From an uncultured Rivularia sp. (GTDB taxonomy: Bacteria; Cyanobacteriota; Cyanobacteriia; Cyanobacteriales; Nostocaceae): a stretch of 64,000 bases of DNA. This document shows, piece by piece, positions 63,253 through 64,000 of the stretch. Every line of letters starts with the position of its first letter. Position 1 is the stretch's first letter. The stretch lies in assembly GCA_963665115.1 (NCBI GenBank), contig OY762007.1:7136001-7200000 (forward strand). The letters run 5' to 3'. The notes beneath the pieces are model-generated. The model was not told where the DNA came from. It made no database searches and saw nothing but the letters and a program-made list of their open reading frames with translations. The translations under genes and the position numbers were made by a program.

Positions 63253-64000
63253 ATGGATGTGGGAGAATTTTTGAGAAGGTATGAAGATGGGGAAAGGGAT
63301 TTTTCGGGTATTGAAATTAGGGATGCGGATTTAAGCGGTATTGATTTATATGACAAAGTAATTCTACGAAAAGCTAAATTAATCAACATTAATTTAAGTA
63401 ATTCAAATTTATCGAAAGCTGATTTATCTGAAGCTGATTTAACTGGTTCAAATTTAAATAATGCTTTTTTATGGAAAGCTAATCTTACAAATGCTAATTT
63501 AAGTAATACAAATTTATTTTATGCGAATTTAGAAGCAGCTAATTTAAGAAATGCAATTCTCACAAGTACAGATTTAAGCTGTACAGATTTAATTGGTGCT
63601 GATTTAACTGGTACAAATATAGAAGCAGCTTTAAATTTAGCAAGTCATTACATATTTTTGGTGGATGAATCAAAAAATAAAAATACCGAACTACTTACAG
63701 AACTGAGAAACTTAACAAGAGGACTTAATTATAGGTATAACTCAGAAGGTTCTTATTATTATGAAATTTTTCTATGGGATACTGCATCGAGAGGTGATTT
63801 TAGCTTAGAAAAGTTTTTAGAAGCAGCGGTTTTTCTGGTAGAAGTTGATTCAATCGATTTATTTGAAGGGAAATTTTATATTGATGAATTTAACTTTATC
63901 CTTAAAGATATCAAACAATATATTAAAAATAGAGAATATTTTTATTTGAAGCTCGATATTGGTTTATTCGATAGTGAACCTATTCCTGTCTTGATTGGAA
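63253..64000 (+). CDS. Pentapeptide repeat protein with a C-terminal NuiA-like region, partial (absent from ORF track)
   Basis: MDVGEFLRRYEDGERDFSG, then A(D/N)Lxx repeats, then ELLTELRNLTRGLNYRYNSEGSYYYEIFLWDT; open to the window end. Confidence 0.8.
   Translation, partial: MDVGEFLRRYEDGERDFSGIEIRDADLSGIDLYDKVILRKAKLININLSNSNLSKADLSEADLTGSNLNNAFLWKANLTNANLSNTNLFYANLEAANLRNAILTSTDLSCTDLIGADLTGTNIEAALNLASHYIFLVDESKNKNTELLTELRNLTRGLNYRYNSEGSYYYEIFLWDTASRGDFSLEKFLEAAVFLVEVDSIDLFEGKFYIDEFNFILKDIKQYIKNREYFYLKLDIGLFDSEPIPVLIG

Overview
Chromosomal window from a filamentous, probably heterocyst-forming cyanobacterium (Nostocales-like). Evidence: frequent HIP1 GCGATCGC, heptamer STRR tracts, psbZ/psb35/chlH, an alkaline invertase and a type I-D-like CRISPR repeat. 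Most of it is core metabolism: gcvT-gcvH-gcvP, mrdA, potADB, murF, folK, a class A PBP, rsmB, bciB, desC-desA-desB plus desD, a proA-like gene, tRNA-Gly(GCC), ribH, psbZ and chlH. Accessory content includes a partial IS66 at the left edge, many TA-bounded miniature elements (some in head-to-tail arrays), an orphan one-spacer CRISPR abutting a PD-(D/E)XK nuclease-like gene, and a 4.4 kb toxin-antitoxin island with most toxins disabled. About ten frameshifts at short homopolymers, three of them in essential chlH, are most likely sequencing errors. The best candidates for undescribed biology are: (1) a PspA/Vipp1 (ESCRT-III-like) protein with a duplicated glycine-zipper module inside it, next to a stand-alone gene for the same module; (2) a lipoprotein-type, long-linker cytochrome c6; (3) the mini-CRISPR/nuclease unit; (4) length-constrained (about 108 or 130 bp) miniature elements with interchangeable ends and cargo. 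All family calls are by eye; no database search was run.
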